Shown here piece by piece: positions 1 to 12,587 of a stretch of DNA of 64,000 bases (within the stretch, counting starts at the first letter, position 1; every line of letters begins with the position of its first letter). Position numbers and translations under genes: made by a program. Under the pieces are notes generated by a model. That model was not told the DNA's origin and did no database searches. It worked only from the letters and a program-made list of their open reading frames with translations. Where the stretch lies: positions 12,152,001-12,216,000 of the forward strand of contig OZ024745.1 of the NCBI GenBank assembly GCA_964016885.1, written 5' to 3'. Source of the stretch: Eledone cirrhosa. Its lineage: Eukaryota.

Positions 1-871
1 GGTAGAGTGCCAGTGTTTGTGAAGCTTTACATCAGGTGTTTGTTACGGGGTCGGTAGAGTGCCAGTGTCTGTGAAGCTTTACATCAGGTGTTTGTTACGG
101 GGTCGGTAGAGTGCCAGTGTCTGTGAAGCTTTACATCAGGTGTTTGTTACGGGGTCGGTAGAGTGCCAGTGTCTGTGAAGCTTTACATCAGGTGTTTGTT
201 ACGGGGTCGGTAGAGTGCCAGTGTCTGTGAAGCTTTACATCAGGTGTTTGTTACGGGGTCGGTAGAGTGCCAGTGTCTGTGAAGCTTTACATCAGGTGTT
301 TGTTACGGGGTCGGTAGAGTGCCAGTGTCTGTGAAGCTTTACATCAGGTGTTTGTTACGGGGTCGGTAGAGTGCCAGTGTCTGTGAAGCTTTACATCAGG
401 TGTTTGTTACGGGGTCGGTAGAGTGCCAGTGTCTGTGAAGCTTTACATCAGGTGTTTGTTACGGGGTCGGTAGAGTGCCAGTGTCTGTGAAGCTTTATAT
501 CAGGTGTTTGTTACGGGGTCGGTAGAGTGCCAGTGTTTGTGAAGCTTTATATCAGGTGTTTGTTACGGGGTCGGTAGAGTGCCAGTGTCTGTGAAGCTTT
601 ACATCAGGTGTTTGTTACGGGGTCGGTAGAGTGCCAGTGTCTGTGAAGCTTTACATCAGGTGTTTGTTACGGGGTCGGTAGAGTGCCAGTGTCTGTGAAG
701 CTTTATATCAGGTGTTTGTTACGGGGTCGGTAGAGTGCCAGTGTCTGTGAAGCTTTACATCAGGTGTTTGTTACGGGGTCGGTAGAGTGCCAGTGTCTGT
801 GAAGCTTTATATCAGGTGTTTGTTACGGGGTCGGTAGAGTGCCAGTGTCTGTGAAGCTTTACATCAGGTGT
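1..871. repeat. 52-bp minisatellite, ~16.7 near-identical units, truncated by the window start
   Basis: Unit ggtagagtgccagtgtctgtgaagctttacatcaggtgtttgttacggggtc, with only rare c/t variants. Confidence 0.97.
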
Positions 872-973
872 TCAGATGTTCACTCAATTGAATCTACAAC
901 TGAGAAAGAAGGCCATCATCAGATTCTATGGACAACCATGTGTAAGCAAGTGTTTGTGCGCGTGTATACACAT

Positions 974-1089
<116 letters not shown>

Positions 1090-1444
1090 TTAGGTAGAGA
1101 GAAACTGAATGTAGTGGTTGATTTTCTCTACAGTTCCTCTGTTATTACCGACAATACGAAGTTTCTATGACAAAACGATTAACTGTGGTTAATAAAAGGG
1201 ACCAATCGGTAAATATTTTATCGTAAGTGAAGCTGGCCACTATATTGAATGAGTCAGCTGTCTTAGTGAGGAACAACCATAAACTTAGGGTGATCATTTC
1301 TAAACCTCTTATGATTCTAAACAAGGCAATGGGAACAACTTTAATACCATATCACTTACTGAACATTTAAGTGATTGTACCGTTCCATTTATCTAATTAT
1401 CTCTCGTGTATATACGTGTATAAACACACACACACACACACACA

Positions 1445-1482
<38 letters not shown>

Positions 1483-1547
1483 CACACAAGTGCACACAGG
1501 AGATCGTTGATTCAGATAGCTAGCTATTTAGATAGATAAGATAGATA

Positions 1548-1712
1548 TGTTTCTTTATTAGCCACAAGGGCACAAAAGAAGGGGACAAGTACAAATGGGG
1601 AGTTTACATACAGGTATATGAAAATAAAATTATTAATAAAATAACAAATAACAATTGAAATCCCCAATAGGAGGAGGCGTTACACAGGGGTTGTACACAC
1701 CCCGAAAAAATG
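1548..1712 (-). mobile_element. 3' UTR remnant of the Tx1/L1-like LINE, within (GATA)n
   Basis: tttctttattagccacaagg and tccccaatagg match the 3' end of the 51788-54312 element (tttctttattggccacaagg, ttccccaatagggg). Confidence 0.6.
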
Positions 1713-1867
1713 TATAGATAGATAGAGAGATTCAAAAGAATAAGGATTTATAGTTATTTATAAAGAAAGAGAGGGGTGGACTCGGTTGTTTGACTTTTCT
1801 GTGACCAGTTAAAAGCCTCCATTCAAATATATTCAACATCATTGACTTTTCTTCCCGAGAAATCTGT

Positions 1868-3430
1868 TACTCCCCAAGTTATACTAAACTAAATACTCCA
1901 CCAATACTCCCCAAATTATACTAAACTAAATACTCCACCAATACTCCCCAAATTATACTAAACTAAATACTCCACCAATACTCCCCAAATTATACTAAAC
2001 TAAATACTCCACCAATACTCCCCAACAAGTTATACTAAACTAAATACTCCACCAATACTCCCCAACAAGTTATACTAAACTAAATACTCCACCAATACTC
2101 CCCAACAAGTTATACTAAACTAAAAACTCCACCAATACTCCCCAAATTATACTAAACTAAATACTCCACCAATACTCCCCAAATTATACTAAACTAAAAA
2201 CTCCACCAATACTCCCCAAATTATACTAAACTAAATACTCCACCAATACTCCCCAACAAGTTATACTAAACTAAATACTCCACCAATACTCCCCAAATTA
2301 TACTAAACTAAATACTCCACCAATACTCCCCAACAAGTTATACTAAACTAAATACTCCACCAATACTCCCCAACAAGTTATACTAAACTAAATACTCCAC
2401 CAATACTCCCCAACAAGTTATACTAAACTAAATACTCCACCAATACTCCCCAAATTATACTAAACTAAATACTCCACCAATACTCCCCAAATTATACTAA
2501 ACTAAATACTCCACCAATACTCCCCAACAAGTTATACTAAACTAAATACTCCACCAATACTCCCCAAATTATACTAAACTAAATACTCCACCAATACTCC
2601 CCAAATTATACTAAACTAAAAACTCCACCAATACTCCCCAAATTATACTAAACTAAATACTCCACCAATACTCCCCAACAAGTTATACTAAACTAAATAC
2701 TCCACCAATACTCCCCAACAAGTTATACTAAACTAAATACTCCACCAATACTCCCCAACAAGTTATACTAAACTAAATACTCCACCAATACTCCCCAAAT
2801 TATACTAAACTAAATACTCCACCAATACTCCCCAACAAGTTATACTAAACTAAATACTCCACCAATACTCCCCAACAAGTTATACTAAACTAAATACTCC
2901 ACCAATACTCCCCAACAAGTTATACTAAACTAAATACTCCACCAATACTCCCCAACAAGTTATACTAAACTAAATACTCCACCAATACTCCCCAAATTAT
3001 ACTAAACTAAATACTCCACCAATACTCCCCAACAAGTTATACTAAACTAAATACTCCACCAATACTCCCCAACAAGTTATACTAACTAAATACTCCACCA
3101 ATACTCCTCAACAAGTTATACTAAACTAAATACTCCACCAATACTCCCCAATAAGTTATACTAAACTAAATACTCCACCAATACTCCCCAACAAGTTATA
3201 CTAAACTAAATACTTCACCAATACTCCCCAACAAGTTATACTAAACTAAATACTTCACCAATACTCCCCTACAAGTTATACTAAACTAAATACTCCACCA
3301 ATACTCCCCTACAAGTTATACTAAACTAAATACTCCACCAATACTCCCCTACAAGTTATACTAAACTAAATACTCCACCAATACTCCCCTACAAGTTATG
3401 TAAACTAGTACTCCACCAATACTCCCCAAA
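1868..3430. repeat. 37/40-bp minisatellite
   Basis: Two alternating units: tactccccaa(a|caag)ttatactaaactaaatactccaccaa. Confidence 0.97.
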
Positions 3431-3484
3431 ATGCCTTGCTGTGCCCAGTGGATCTTTATCCACTGTAAAGTATACTAATTTCAG

Positions 3485-4495
3485 TGAAGTTGCGTGGCTT
3501 TGTGGTTAGGGTATTCTAATCACAATCGTAAGGTTGTGAGTTCGATTCCCGGTGGCACTTTGTGTCCTTGAGCAAGACACTTTATTTCCCGTTGCTCCAG
3601 TACACTGTGTCCTTGACACTGTGTCCTTGATAAAGGCACTTTATTTCCCGTTACTCCATTACACTGTGTCCTTGAGCAAGACACTTTATTTCCCGTTGCT
3701 CCAGTACACTGTGCCCTTGAACAAGACACTTTATTTCCCGTTACTCCAGTACACTTTGTCCTTGAGCAAGACACTTTATTTCCCCTTGCTCCAGTACACT
3801 GTGTCCTTGAGCAAGACACTTTATTTCCCGTTACTCCAGTACACTGTGTCCTTGAGCAAGACACTTTATTTCCCGTTGCTCCAGTACACTGTGTCCTTCA
3901 TCAAGACACTTTATTTCCCGTTGCTCCAGTACACTGTGTGCTTGAGCAAGACACTTTATTTCCCGTTGCTCCAGTACACTGTGTGCTTGAGCAAGACACT
4001 TTATTTCCCGTTGCTCCAGTACACTGTGTCCTTGAGCAAGACACTTTATTTCCCCTTGCTCCAGTACACTGTGTCCTTGAGCAAGACACTTTATTTCCCG
4101 TTGCCCCAGTACACTGTGTCCTTGAGCAAGACACTTTATTTCACGTTACTCCAATACACTGTGTCCTTGAGCAAGACACTTTATTTCCCGTTACTCCAGT
4201 ACACTGTGTCCTTGAGCAAGACACTTTATTTCCCGTTACACCAGTACACTGTGTCCTTGAGCAAGACACTTTATTTCCCGTTGCTCCAGTTCACTCAACT
4301 GACAAAAATTAGTTGTACCTGTAATTCGAAGAGTGAGCATTGTCACATTCTATGTCCCTTTGAATCTCCCTGAGAACTACTTAAAGGATACACATGTCTG
4401 CGGAATGCTCAGTCACTTGCACGTTAAATACACGAGTAGGTTGTTCCGTTAATCATATCAGCTGGATCACTCGTCGTCGCAACCGACGGATTGCT
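3485..4495 (+). mobile_element. tRNA-derived SINE (family S2) with an internal 41-bp tandem expansion (~3560-4290)
   Basis: Head with A-box/B-box-like motifs (tggctttgtggttagg ... gagttcgattccc), then gtgtccttgagcaagacactttatttcccgttgctccagtacact repeated ~17 times, then the normal tail. An unexpanded relative lies at 39403-39575. Confidence 0.8.
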
Positions 4496-4497
4496 AT

Positions 4498-4688
4498 TAG
4501 TGAATTGGCAGTATCGGTAGAGGGTTGGACGCCATGCTTTCTAGCATAGTTACGTCCCTTTACGGTCTGAGTTCAAATCCCGTCGAGGTTAACTTTGCCT
4601 TTCATCCTTACAGGGTCGATAAAATAAAGTACCAGTAATGCACTGGGGTAATTTCTGGCCTTGTGCCAAAAGTAGAAACAATTATTAT
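4498..4688 (+). mobile_element. tRNA-derived SINE (family S1)
   Basis: ttggcagtatcggtagag head, B-box-like gagttcaaatccc, body ctttgcctttcatccttac-gggtcgataaaataaagtaccagt, tail agaaacaattatt. Confidence 0.85.
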
Positions 4689-4827
4689 ACTAATTTCAAA
4701 ATTTCAACTGCATCGCACACAATACTATGCTAAGCACAGCGACGGATTAAGAGGGGCTGATTGGGCTCTATACTAGGACCCCACAATATTTAAAGGTTTC
4801 TAACCTATTTTTCTGTTACCATATGTA

Positions 4828-5040
4828 ATGGTTTCTGATTTAAGCACAATTTCAAGGGAATGGAAAGTCAATTTAATCGACCCGAAAGAGTTACTGGTAC
4901 TTTATTTTATCGACCTTCGTATCGATGTAAGACGAAGCAAACATCGGGGAAATTTGAACTCAGAACCTAAACGATCATAACTCTATGCCACAAAGTATGT
5001 TGTCTGACACTCTAACGATCCTGCTGCTAATCCACTACCC
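4828..5040 (-). mobile_element. Diverged S1 SINE
   Basis: Reverse-complement body actggtactttattttatcgac ... atttgaactcaga. Confidence 0.7.
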
Positions 5041-5087
5041 TTCTGCTACCATCGGCAGAGAGCCCGAAAATGTTTCCAGCCAGTGAC

Positions 5088-8000
5088 CCCAATAAAACCT
5101 TTATCAACCCCTAGCTATATATCCAATAAAACCTTTATCAACCCCTAGCTATATATCCAATAAAACCTTTATCAACCTCTAGCTATATATCCAATAAAAC
5201 CTTTATCAACCCCTAGCTATATATCCATGAACGCTTTATCAACTCCTAGCTATATATCCAATAAAACCTTTATCAGCCCCTAGCTATATATCCATAAAAC
5301 CTTTATCAGTCCCTAGCTATATATCCATAAAACCTTTATCAGTCCCTAGCTATATATCCAATAAAACCTTTATCAGCCCCTAGCTATATATCCATAAAAC
5401 CTTAATCAGTCCCTAGCTATATATCCATAAACCCTTAATCAGTCCCTAGCTATATATCCAATAAAACCTTAATCATCCCCTATCTATATATCCAATAAAA
5501 CCTTAATCAGCCCCTATCTATATAACAATAAAACTTTTATCAGTCCCTAGCTATATATCCATAAACCCTTAATCAGTCCCTAGCTATATATCCAATAAAA
5601 CCTTTATCAGCCCCTAGCTATATATCCAATAAAACCTTTATCAACCCCTAGCTATATATCCAATAAAACCTTTATCAACCTCTAGCTATATATCCAATAA
5701 AACCTTTATCAACCCCTAGCTATATATCCATGAACGCTTTATCAACTCCTAGCTATATATCCAATAAAACCTTTATCAGCCCCTAGCTATATATCCATAA
5801 AACCTTTATCAGTCCCTAGCTATATATCCATAAAACCTTTATCAGTCCCTAGCTATATATCCAATAAAACCTTTATCAGCCCCTAGCTATATATCCATAA
5901 AACCTTAATCAGTCCCTAGCTATATATCCATAAACCCTTAATCAGTCCCTAGCTATATATCCAATAAAACCTTAATCATCCCCTATCTATATATACAATA
6001 AAACCTTAATCAGCCCCTATCTATATAACAATAAAACTTTTATCAGTCCCTAGCTATATATCCATAAACCCTTAATCAGTCCCTAGCTATATATCCAATA
6101 AAACCTTTATCAGCCCCTAGCTATATATCCAATAAAACCTTTATCAGTCCCAGCTATATAACAATAAAACCTTTATCAGTCCCAGCTATATATCCATAAA
6201 ACCTTTATCAGCCCCTAGCTATATATCCATAAACCCTTTATCAGTCCTAGCTATATAACAATAAAACCTTTATCAGTCCCTAGCTATATATCCAATAAAA
6301 CCTTTATCAGTCCCTAGCTATATATCCAATAAAACCTTTATCAGTCCCAGCTATATATCCAATAACACCTTTATCAGACCCTAGCTATATATCCATAAAC
6401 CCTTTATCAGTCCTAGCTATATAACAATAAAACCTTAATCAGCCCCTATCTATATATCCAATAAAACCTTAATCAGCCCCTAGCTATATATCCAATAAAA
6501 CCTTTATCAGCCCCTAGCTATATATCCAATAAAACCTTTATCAGCCCCTAGCTATATATCCAATAAAACCTTTATCAGTCCCTAGCTTTATATCCAATAA
6601 AACCTTTATCAGTCCCAGCTATATATCCAATAAAACCTTAATCAGCCCCTAGCTATATATCCAATAAAACCTTTATCAGCCCCTAGCTATATATCCAATA
6701 AAACCTTTATCAGTCCCTAGCTATATATCCAATAAAACCTTAATCAGCCCCTAGCTATATATCCAATAAAACCTTTATCAGCCCCTAGCTATATATCCAA
6801 TAAAACCTTTATCAGTCCCTAGCTATATATCCAATAAAACCTTAATCAGCCCCTAGCTATATATCCAATAAAACCTTTATCAGCCCCTAGCTATATATCC
6901 AATAAAACCTTTATCAGTCCCAGCTATATAACAATAAAACCTTTATCAGTCCCAGCTATATATCCAATAAAACCTTTATCAGCCCCTAGCTATATATCCA
7001 ATAAAACCTTTATCAGTCCCAGCTATATAACAATAAAACCTTTATCAGTCCCAGCTATATATCCAATAAAACCTTAAACAGCCCCTAGCTATATATCCAA
7101 TAAAACCTTTATCAGCCCCTAGCTATATATCCAATAAAACCTTTATCACTCCCAGCTATATAACAATAAAACCTTTATCAGTCCCAGCTATATATCCAAT
7201 AAAACCTTTATCAGTCCCAGCTATATAACAATAAAACCTTTATCAGTCCCAGCTATATATCCAATAAAACCTTAATCAGCCCCTAGCTATATATCCAATC
7301 AAACCTTTATCAGCCCCTAATTATATAACAATAAAACCTTTATCACTCCCAGCTATATATCCAATAAAACCTTTATCAGTCCCAGCTATATATCCAATAA
7401 AACCTTTATCAGCCCCTAACTATATAACAATAAAACCTTTATCAGTCCCAGCTATATATCCAATAAAACCTTTATCAGCCCCTAGCTATATATCCAATAA
7501 AACCTTTATCAGTCCCAGCTATATAACAATAAAACCTTTATCAGTCCCAGCTATATATCCAATAAAACCTTAAACAGCCCCTAGCTATATATCCAATAAA
7601 ACCTTTATCAGCCCCTAGCTATATATCCAATAAAACCTTTATCACTCCCAGCTATATAACAATAAAACCTTTATCAGTCCCAGCTATATATCCAATAAAA
7701 CCTTTATCAGTCCCAGCTATATAACAATAAAACCTTTATCAGTCCCAGCTATATATCCAATAAAACCTTAATCAGCCCCTAGCTATATATCCAATCAAAC
7801 CTTTATCAGCCCCTAATTATATAACAATAAAACCTTTATCACTCCCAGCTATATATCCAATAAAACCTTTATCAGTCCCAGCTATATATCCAATAAAACC
7901 TTTATCAGCCCCTAACTATATAACAATAAAACCTTTATCAGTCCCAGCTATATATCCAATAAAACCTTTATCAGCCCCTAGCTATATATCCAATAAAACC

Positions 8001-8524
8001 TTTATCAGTCCCAGCTATATAACAATAAAACCTTTATCAGTCCCAGCTATATATCCAATAAAACCTTAAACAGCCCCTAGCTATATATCCAATAAAACCT
8101 TTATCAGCCCCTAGCTATATATCCAATAAAACCTTTATCACTCCCAGCTATATAACAATAAAACCTTTATCAGTCCCAGCTATATATCCAATAAAACCTT
8201 TATCAGTCCCAGCTATATAACAATAAAACCTTTATCAGTCCCAGCTATATATCCAATAAAACCTTAATCAGCCCCTAGCTATATATCCAATCAAACCTTT
8301 ATCAGCCCCTAATTATATAACAATAAAACCTTTATCACTCCCAGCTATATATCCAATAAAACCTTTATCAGTCCCAGCTATATATCCAATAAAACCTTTA
8401 TCAGCCCCTAACTATATAACAATAAAACCTTTATCAGTCCCAGCTATATATCCAATAAAACCTTTATCAGCCCCTAGCTATAAAACCTTTATCAGTCCCA
8501 GCTATATATCCATAAAACCTTAAT
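5088..8524. repeat. 33/34-bp minisatellite with higher-order periodicity
   Basis: Unit ccaataaaacctttatcagcccctagctatatat and variants; rare variants recur at 503-bp and 496-bp spacing. Confidence 0.97.
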
Positions 8525-8744
8525 GTATGCAAAGCAGTGTATGTTTGGTATTACAATCCATCATTCGATAGAAATTAATGTTGAAACTATAGCAACCTTC
8601 TAACTCTAAACTATGTTGTGACGCGTTGTCTCCAGTCTCATTATTGCTTCTCAATGTTTTAGTCAATATTTCGTATTGTTAACATCTACGATATTTCTGC
8701 CAGAGTTGCAGTTTTCGACATATGATAGTTTACAGCAAAACATT

Positions 8745-9170
8745 TCACCACCACCACCCCACCTCACCATCACCACCACCAACAACAACAACAACACCAT
8801 CACCACCACCCCACTGCACCACCAACAACAACAACAACAACAATACCATCACCACCACCACCACTACCACCACCACTATCACCATCACTACATTCACCAC
8901 CACCTCACCATCACACCACCTCACCACCACCTCACCATCACACCACCACCACCACCTCACCATCACACCACCACCAAAATCACCACCACCCCACCACACC
9001 ACCATCACCACCACCACCTCACCATCACACCACCACACCACCTCCCCATCACCACCCCACCACCAGCAACACCACCACCACCATCACCACCACCGCCACC
9101 GCCACCAACACAAGCACCACCAACACAACCAACACCACCACCACCAACAACACAACCACCACCATCACCA
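8745..9170. repeat. Degenerate (CAC/CAA/CAT)n low-complexity tract, probably intronic
   Basis: Trinucleotide mosaic; it gives the poly-H/T/P parts of ORFs 8676 and 8722. Confidence 0.9.
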
Positions 9171-9324
9171 CGGCTTCCCCCTTCTCATTTTTTCTCTCTG
9201 TTTCTCTCTTGTGTTTTCTTCCTCTCTCCTCTTGCTTTCTTATTCTTATTTCTATCTATTTTCCTTCGATACTTGTATCTTTATTTGCCACGGATCACAG
9301 AAATTCTCATTTCTTTATTTCCAG

Positions 9325-9606
9325 GATCTTGTGACATGGTTAACCCTAGGAACTTACCATATCCCACGTTCGGAGGACCTACCCAATGTCCCTACACCAG
9401 AAACAGAACTCTCGTTTTTGCTGACACCCTTCAATTATTTTCCAGAAGACCCGTCCATCAGTTCCCGTAATGCTGTGCGATTGACTCCTAAAAAGAAGGG
9501 CGAGAAACTGAACGTTGAAACGTTTGGTACGCCAGACCCTCCTAGATGTGTGGCCCCTACTTTCTCTTTCAATTCAATAAAGAGTTCCACGATATTCAAC
9601 AGGTGA
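9325..9606 (+). CDS. Terminal coding exon of a copper-containing amine oxidase (AOC1/AOC3-like)
   Basis: Pyrimidine tract and acceptor tttatttccag|GAT (phase 0). Peptide DLVTWLTLGTYHIPRSEDLPNVPT..FLLTPFNYFPEDPSISSRNAV matches the animal CuAO C-terminal motif DLVAWVT.GF.HIP..ED.PN...F.L.P.N.F.EDPS, whose His is a Cu ligand. TGA at 9604-9606, with AATAAA signals just downstream. Confidence 0.9.
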   Translation, partial: DLVTWLTLGTYHIPRSEDLPNVPTPETELSFLLTPFNYFPEDPSISSRNAVRLTPKKKGEKLNVETFGTPDPPRCVAPTFSFNSIKSSTIFNR

Positions 9607-9932
9607 TAATACTCAATAACTAAAACATATAAACAAATAATAAACATATAAACAAATAATAAATAAATAAATGAAGACTGAAGAAACGTGGAAAAAAATG
9701 GAAGAAAGAAAAGAAAATAAGAAAGCAAGAAAACTGATGAAAACCATCGCTACACGTGTCTGTTAATGTTTTATTGAAACTATGTTCATTGTGATATCAT
9801 GAGGATATATGTACAGTTACATGTACATATACTATACATATACATAAATACTTGCATACTTTATATATAGAGATGATCCGAATAAGGTGGAACAATTGTT
9901 CTCGGTATGGTAAACTAACTGTTGTGGAACTA

Positions 9933-9982
<50 letters not shown>

Positions 9983-9989
<7 letters not shown>

Positions 9990-10206
9990 ATACTTTGGGA
10001 GGGTCATGTTGCCAATAAGAAACACACGCACCAGTTGCTTTCACTTCAATTTATTATATATTTATAAATTTACAAATTTATAAATTTATAAATTTCTGGT
10101 TGGTTGGTGTGTTTCTTATTGGCAACATGACCCTCCCAAAGTATAACAATATCGGTTTCAACACACGATTTCAGATAAAGAATCTTGCTAAACAAATTCA
10201 GAAACG

Positions 10207-10207
<1 letters not shown>
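9983..10207 (+). mobile_element. Palindrome-plus-tail insertion in (TA)n, family F (probable PLE 3'-end remnant)
   Basis: Arm tattgttatactttgggagggtcatgttgccaataagaaacacac with its reverse complement ending at 10151, then a ~55-bp tail. Relatives at 11961-12017 and 13352-13505. Confidence 0.75.
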
Positions 10208-10237
<30 letters not shown>

Positions 10238-10301
10238 TAACAGATTAAAGTTTAAGCAAAGAATCGCTGCTTTCACCCTTAGTCTTCAAATTTATTATTA
10301 T

Positions 10302-10343
<42 letters not shown>

Positions 10344-10347
<4 letters not shown>

Positions 10348-10764
10348 GAATATACAAGAGAGATAAACAAAAATATAAACATACATGTGTTCGAATTGTA
10401 AGGGACCAAGTTCGCTAATTTTTACACCCACTGAAGAGCAAAGAATTGGTAATTTCTTTCGCTAAAAATTACGGAACAGCTACCAAAGCTGTCTGGGTGT
10501 TCAAGCAGTTGCCCAATATAGGTTTGTTTTTCTTTTTCTTGATTTATTACTTTAAATTGAGCCTGGCAAACCATATTGTTATAGTTAGTATTTTTTTCAC
10601 CCTAGCGAACTTAGTCCCTTACAATTCGAACACATGTATGTTTATATCTGTGTTTATCTCTCTTGTATATTCAATTATATTACACGGCTCAGAAATATCT
10701 CTTTCTTTGAGTTATTTAATTGTAAGAGACTATTTTGTGTTTCTTACTCAATATATACCTTTGA
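10344..10764 (+). mobile_element. Inverted-repeat-plus-tail insertion in (TA)n containing an HHR-like motif
   Basis: Arms ~10344-10417 and ~10602-10678, tail to 10764. HHR-like motif acaccca-CTGAAGA...cagc-taccaaa-gctg-TC-tgggtgt at 10424-10500. Confidence 0.75.
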
Positions 10765-11105
10765 TATATATATATATATATATGGATGCATTCTACACAC
10801 ACACACTCAAATAAATATATGTTTATTATTATAAGTGGGGAAGAAGAAATAAGATACTTTAGTGTCCCGACTGCAGTTTCGCCGTGTGGTTTGCAACTTG
10901 GATACTTTAGAACATAGCATGTGACCTATCTAAGAAAACATTCTTTCATAAATATGTATATGTATATATATATGTGTGTATGTGTGTATGTGTATGTGTT
11001 TGTGTGTGTGTGTGTGTGCATAGGATGCCCCATAAACTACTATATGAACTACTATTACTAACAAACAGTACTTGTTTTTGAACATACAGTATATATATAT
11101 ATATG

Positions 11106-11285
11106 TAATAAATAACATCAGACAATTATTCTATTTACCAGACGTCTGTGTTGAGCTCGTCTGCCTTCGTGAAACCTTTGGTAAATGGAATAATTGTCTT
11201 TTGTTGTTTATTAGATAACTAAATAGCTCTGTATCTTACATAGAGCAATCTCCTTTCCTTTACCCTTCCTACGGAAATAATTCAT
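11106..11285 (+). mobile_element. Diverged inverted-repeat-plus-tail insertion with an HHR 3' half
   Basis: Arms agacaattattctatttacca / tggtaaatggaataattgtct; motif GAAA-cctttgg-TA-aatgg. The tail hairpin gctctgta...tacatagagc resembles the tail of the large PLE. Confidence 0.55.
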
Positions 11286-11294
11286 ATATGTATA

Positions 11295-11345
<51 letters not shown>

Positions 11346-11563
11346 GTGTGTACGTCAGTGTATGTGTATTTGTGTGTGTGAGTGTATGTGCGTGTTTGTG
11401 TGTGTGTTTCAGAGTGTATATGTGTGTATATATGAGAGGATGTCTGCGGATTAAACTATAAACAATTCTCTGTATTCACACTGGAAACATATGATATATG
11501 TTATATACATGTATTTTTATTTGTCTGTGATATGTTATATATAATATTTATATGATTTACATT

Positions 11564-11637
<74 letters not shown>

Positions 11638-11680
11638 GTAAGTATGTATGTACATATATATATACACATATATATATATA

Positions 11681-11916
11681 TAGCTTTCACCGTATTTTTG
11701 ACTAAAGGAATTTTAGCTTGATAACGGGTTTTAGAACCCTCAGACAAATGGAAAAAGATGAGTATTGACGTACATGTACGTCAATACTCATCTTTTTCCA
11801 TTTGTCTGAGGGTTCTAAAACCCGTTATCAAGCTAAAATTCCTTTAGTCAAAAATACGGTGAAAGCTATATATTTTCTAATTTCAAACTCGCTCACTGTT
11901 TCAAAACATACTTACT

Positions 11917-11920
<4 letters not shown>
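11681..11920 (+). mobile_element. Perfect 188-bp palindrome (centre 11774/11775) with a ~50-bp tail, in (TA)n
   Basis: 11681-11868 is its own reverse complement, which explains the duplicate [12 protein letters not shown] ORFs on both strands. A same-family fragment lies at 38337-38412 (-). Confidence 0.85.
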
Positions 11921-11962
<42 letters not shown>

Positions 11963-12015
11963 GTTTCGACACACGATTTCATATAAAAAAACCTCGTAAA
12001 ACTAATTCATCGCCG

Positions 12016-12090
<75 letters not shown>

Positions 12091-12497
12091 CATGTAGTTG
12101 ACCACCGAGAAAAAAGAGTAATATATTCATTTTATTCGGGCTAAATAGTGAGTCTTGGTACTCTGGAGTTTCACCTGCTTCTCACGGGTGTATGTATGTG
12201 TGTGTTTATACGTATGTATATGTGCGTGGATGTATTTGTGTCTGTGTGTGTATAAATATGTGTGTACATATATGTGTGTATGCGTATGTTTGTGCGTGTG
12301 TGTTTATGTTTAAACCTGTCTAAAACCTGATTTTGTCCTGTAACATATCACTGCTACAAATAGGTCGATAAAATAAGTACGACGCTGAAATACTAGGGTC
12401 AATGTGATCGATAAAATCGATTGAAGGTGATGTCCCATCATGCCCTCAGTCCCATGACTGAAACCAGTAAAAGAATTTTTTTTTAAATGAAGTATGC

Positions 12498-12587
<90 letters not shown>

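Noticed and set aside
1-871. CRISPR-like appearance of the regular arrays (also 1868-3430, 3560-4290, 39713-42867)
   Set aside because: Units are contiguous with no unique spacers, there are no cas genes, and the context is eukaryotic.
872-945. Possible upstream amine oxidase exon (ttcag ... gtaag)
   Set aside because: No frame resembles the CuAO sequence expected before DLV.W.
3490-3555. Possible tRNA gene
   Set aside because: tRNA-like SINE head with no complete cloverleaf, continuing into SINE body.
3552-4373. 273-aa repetitive ORF
   Set aside because: Translation of the SINE-internal tandem repeat.
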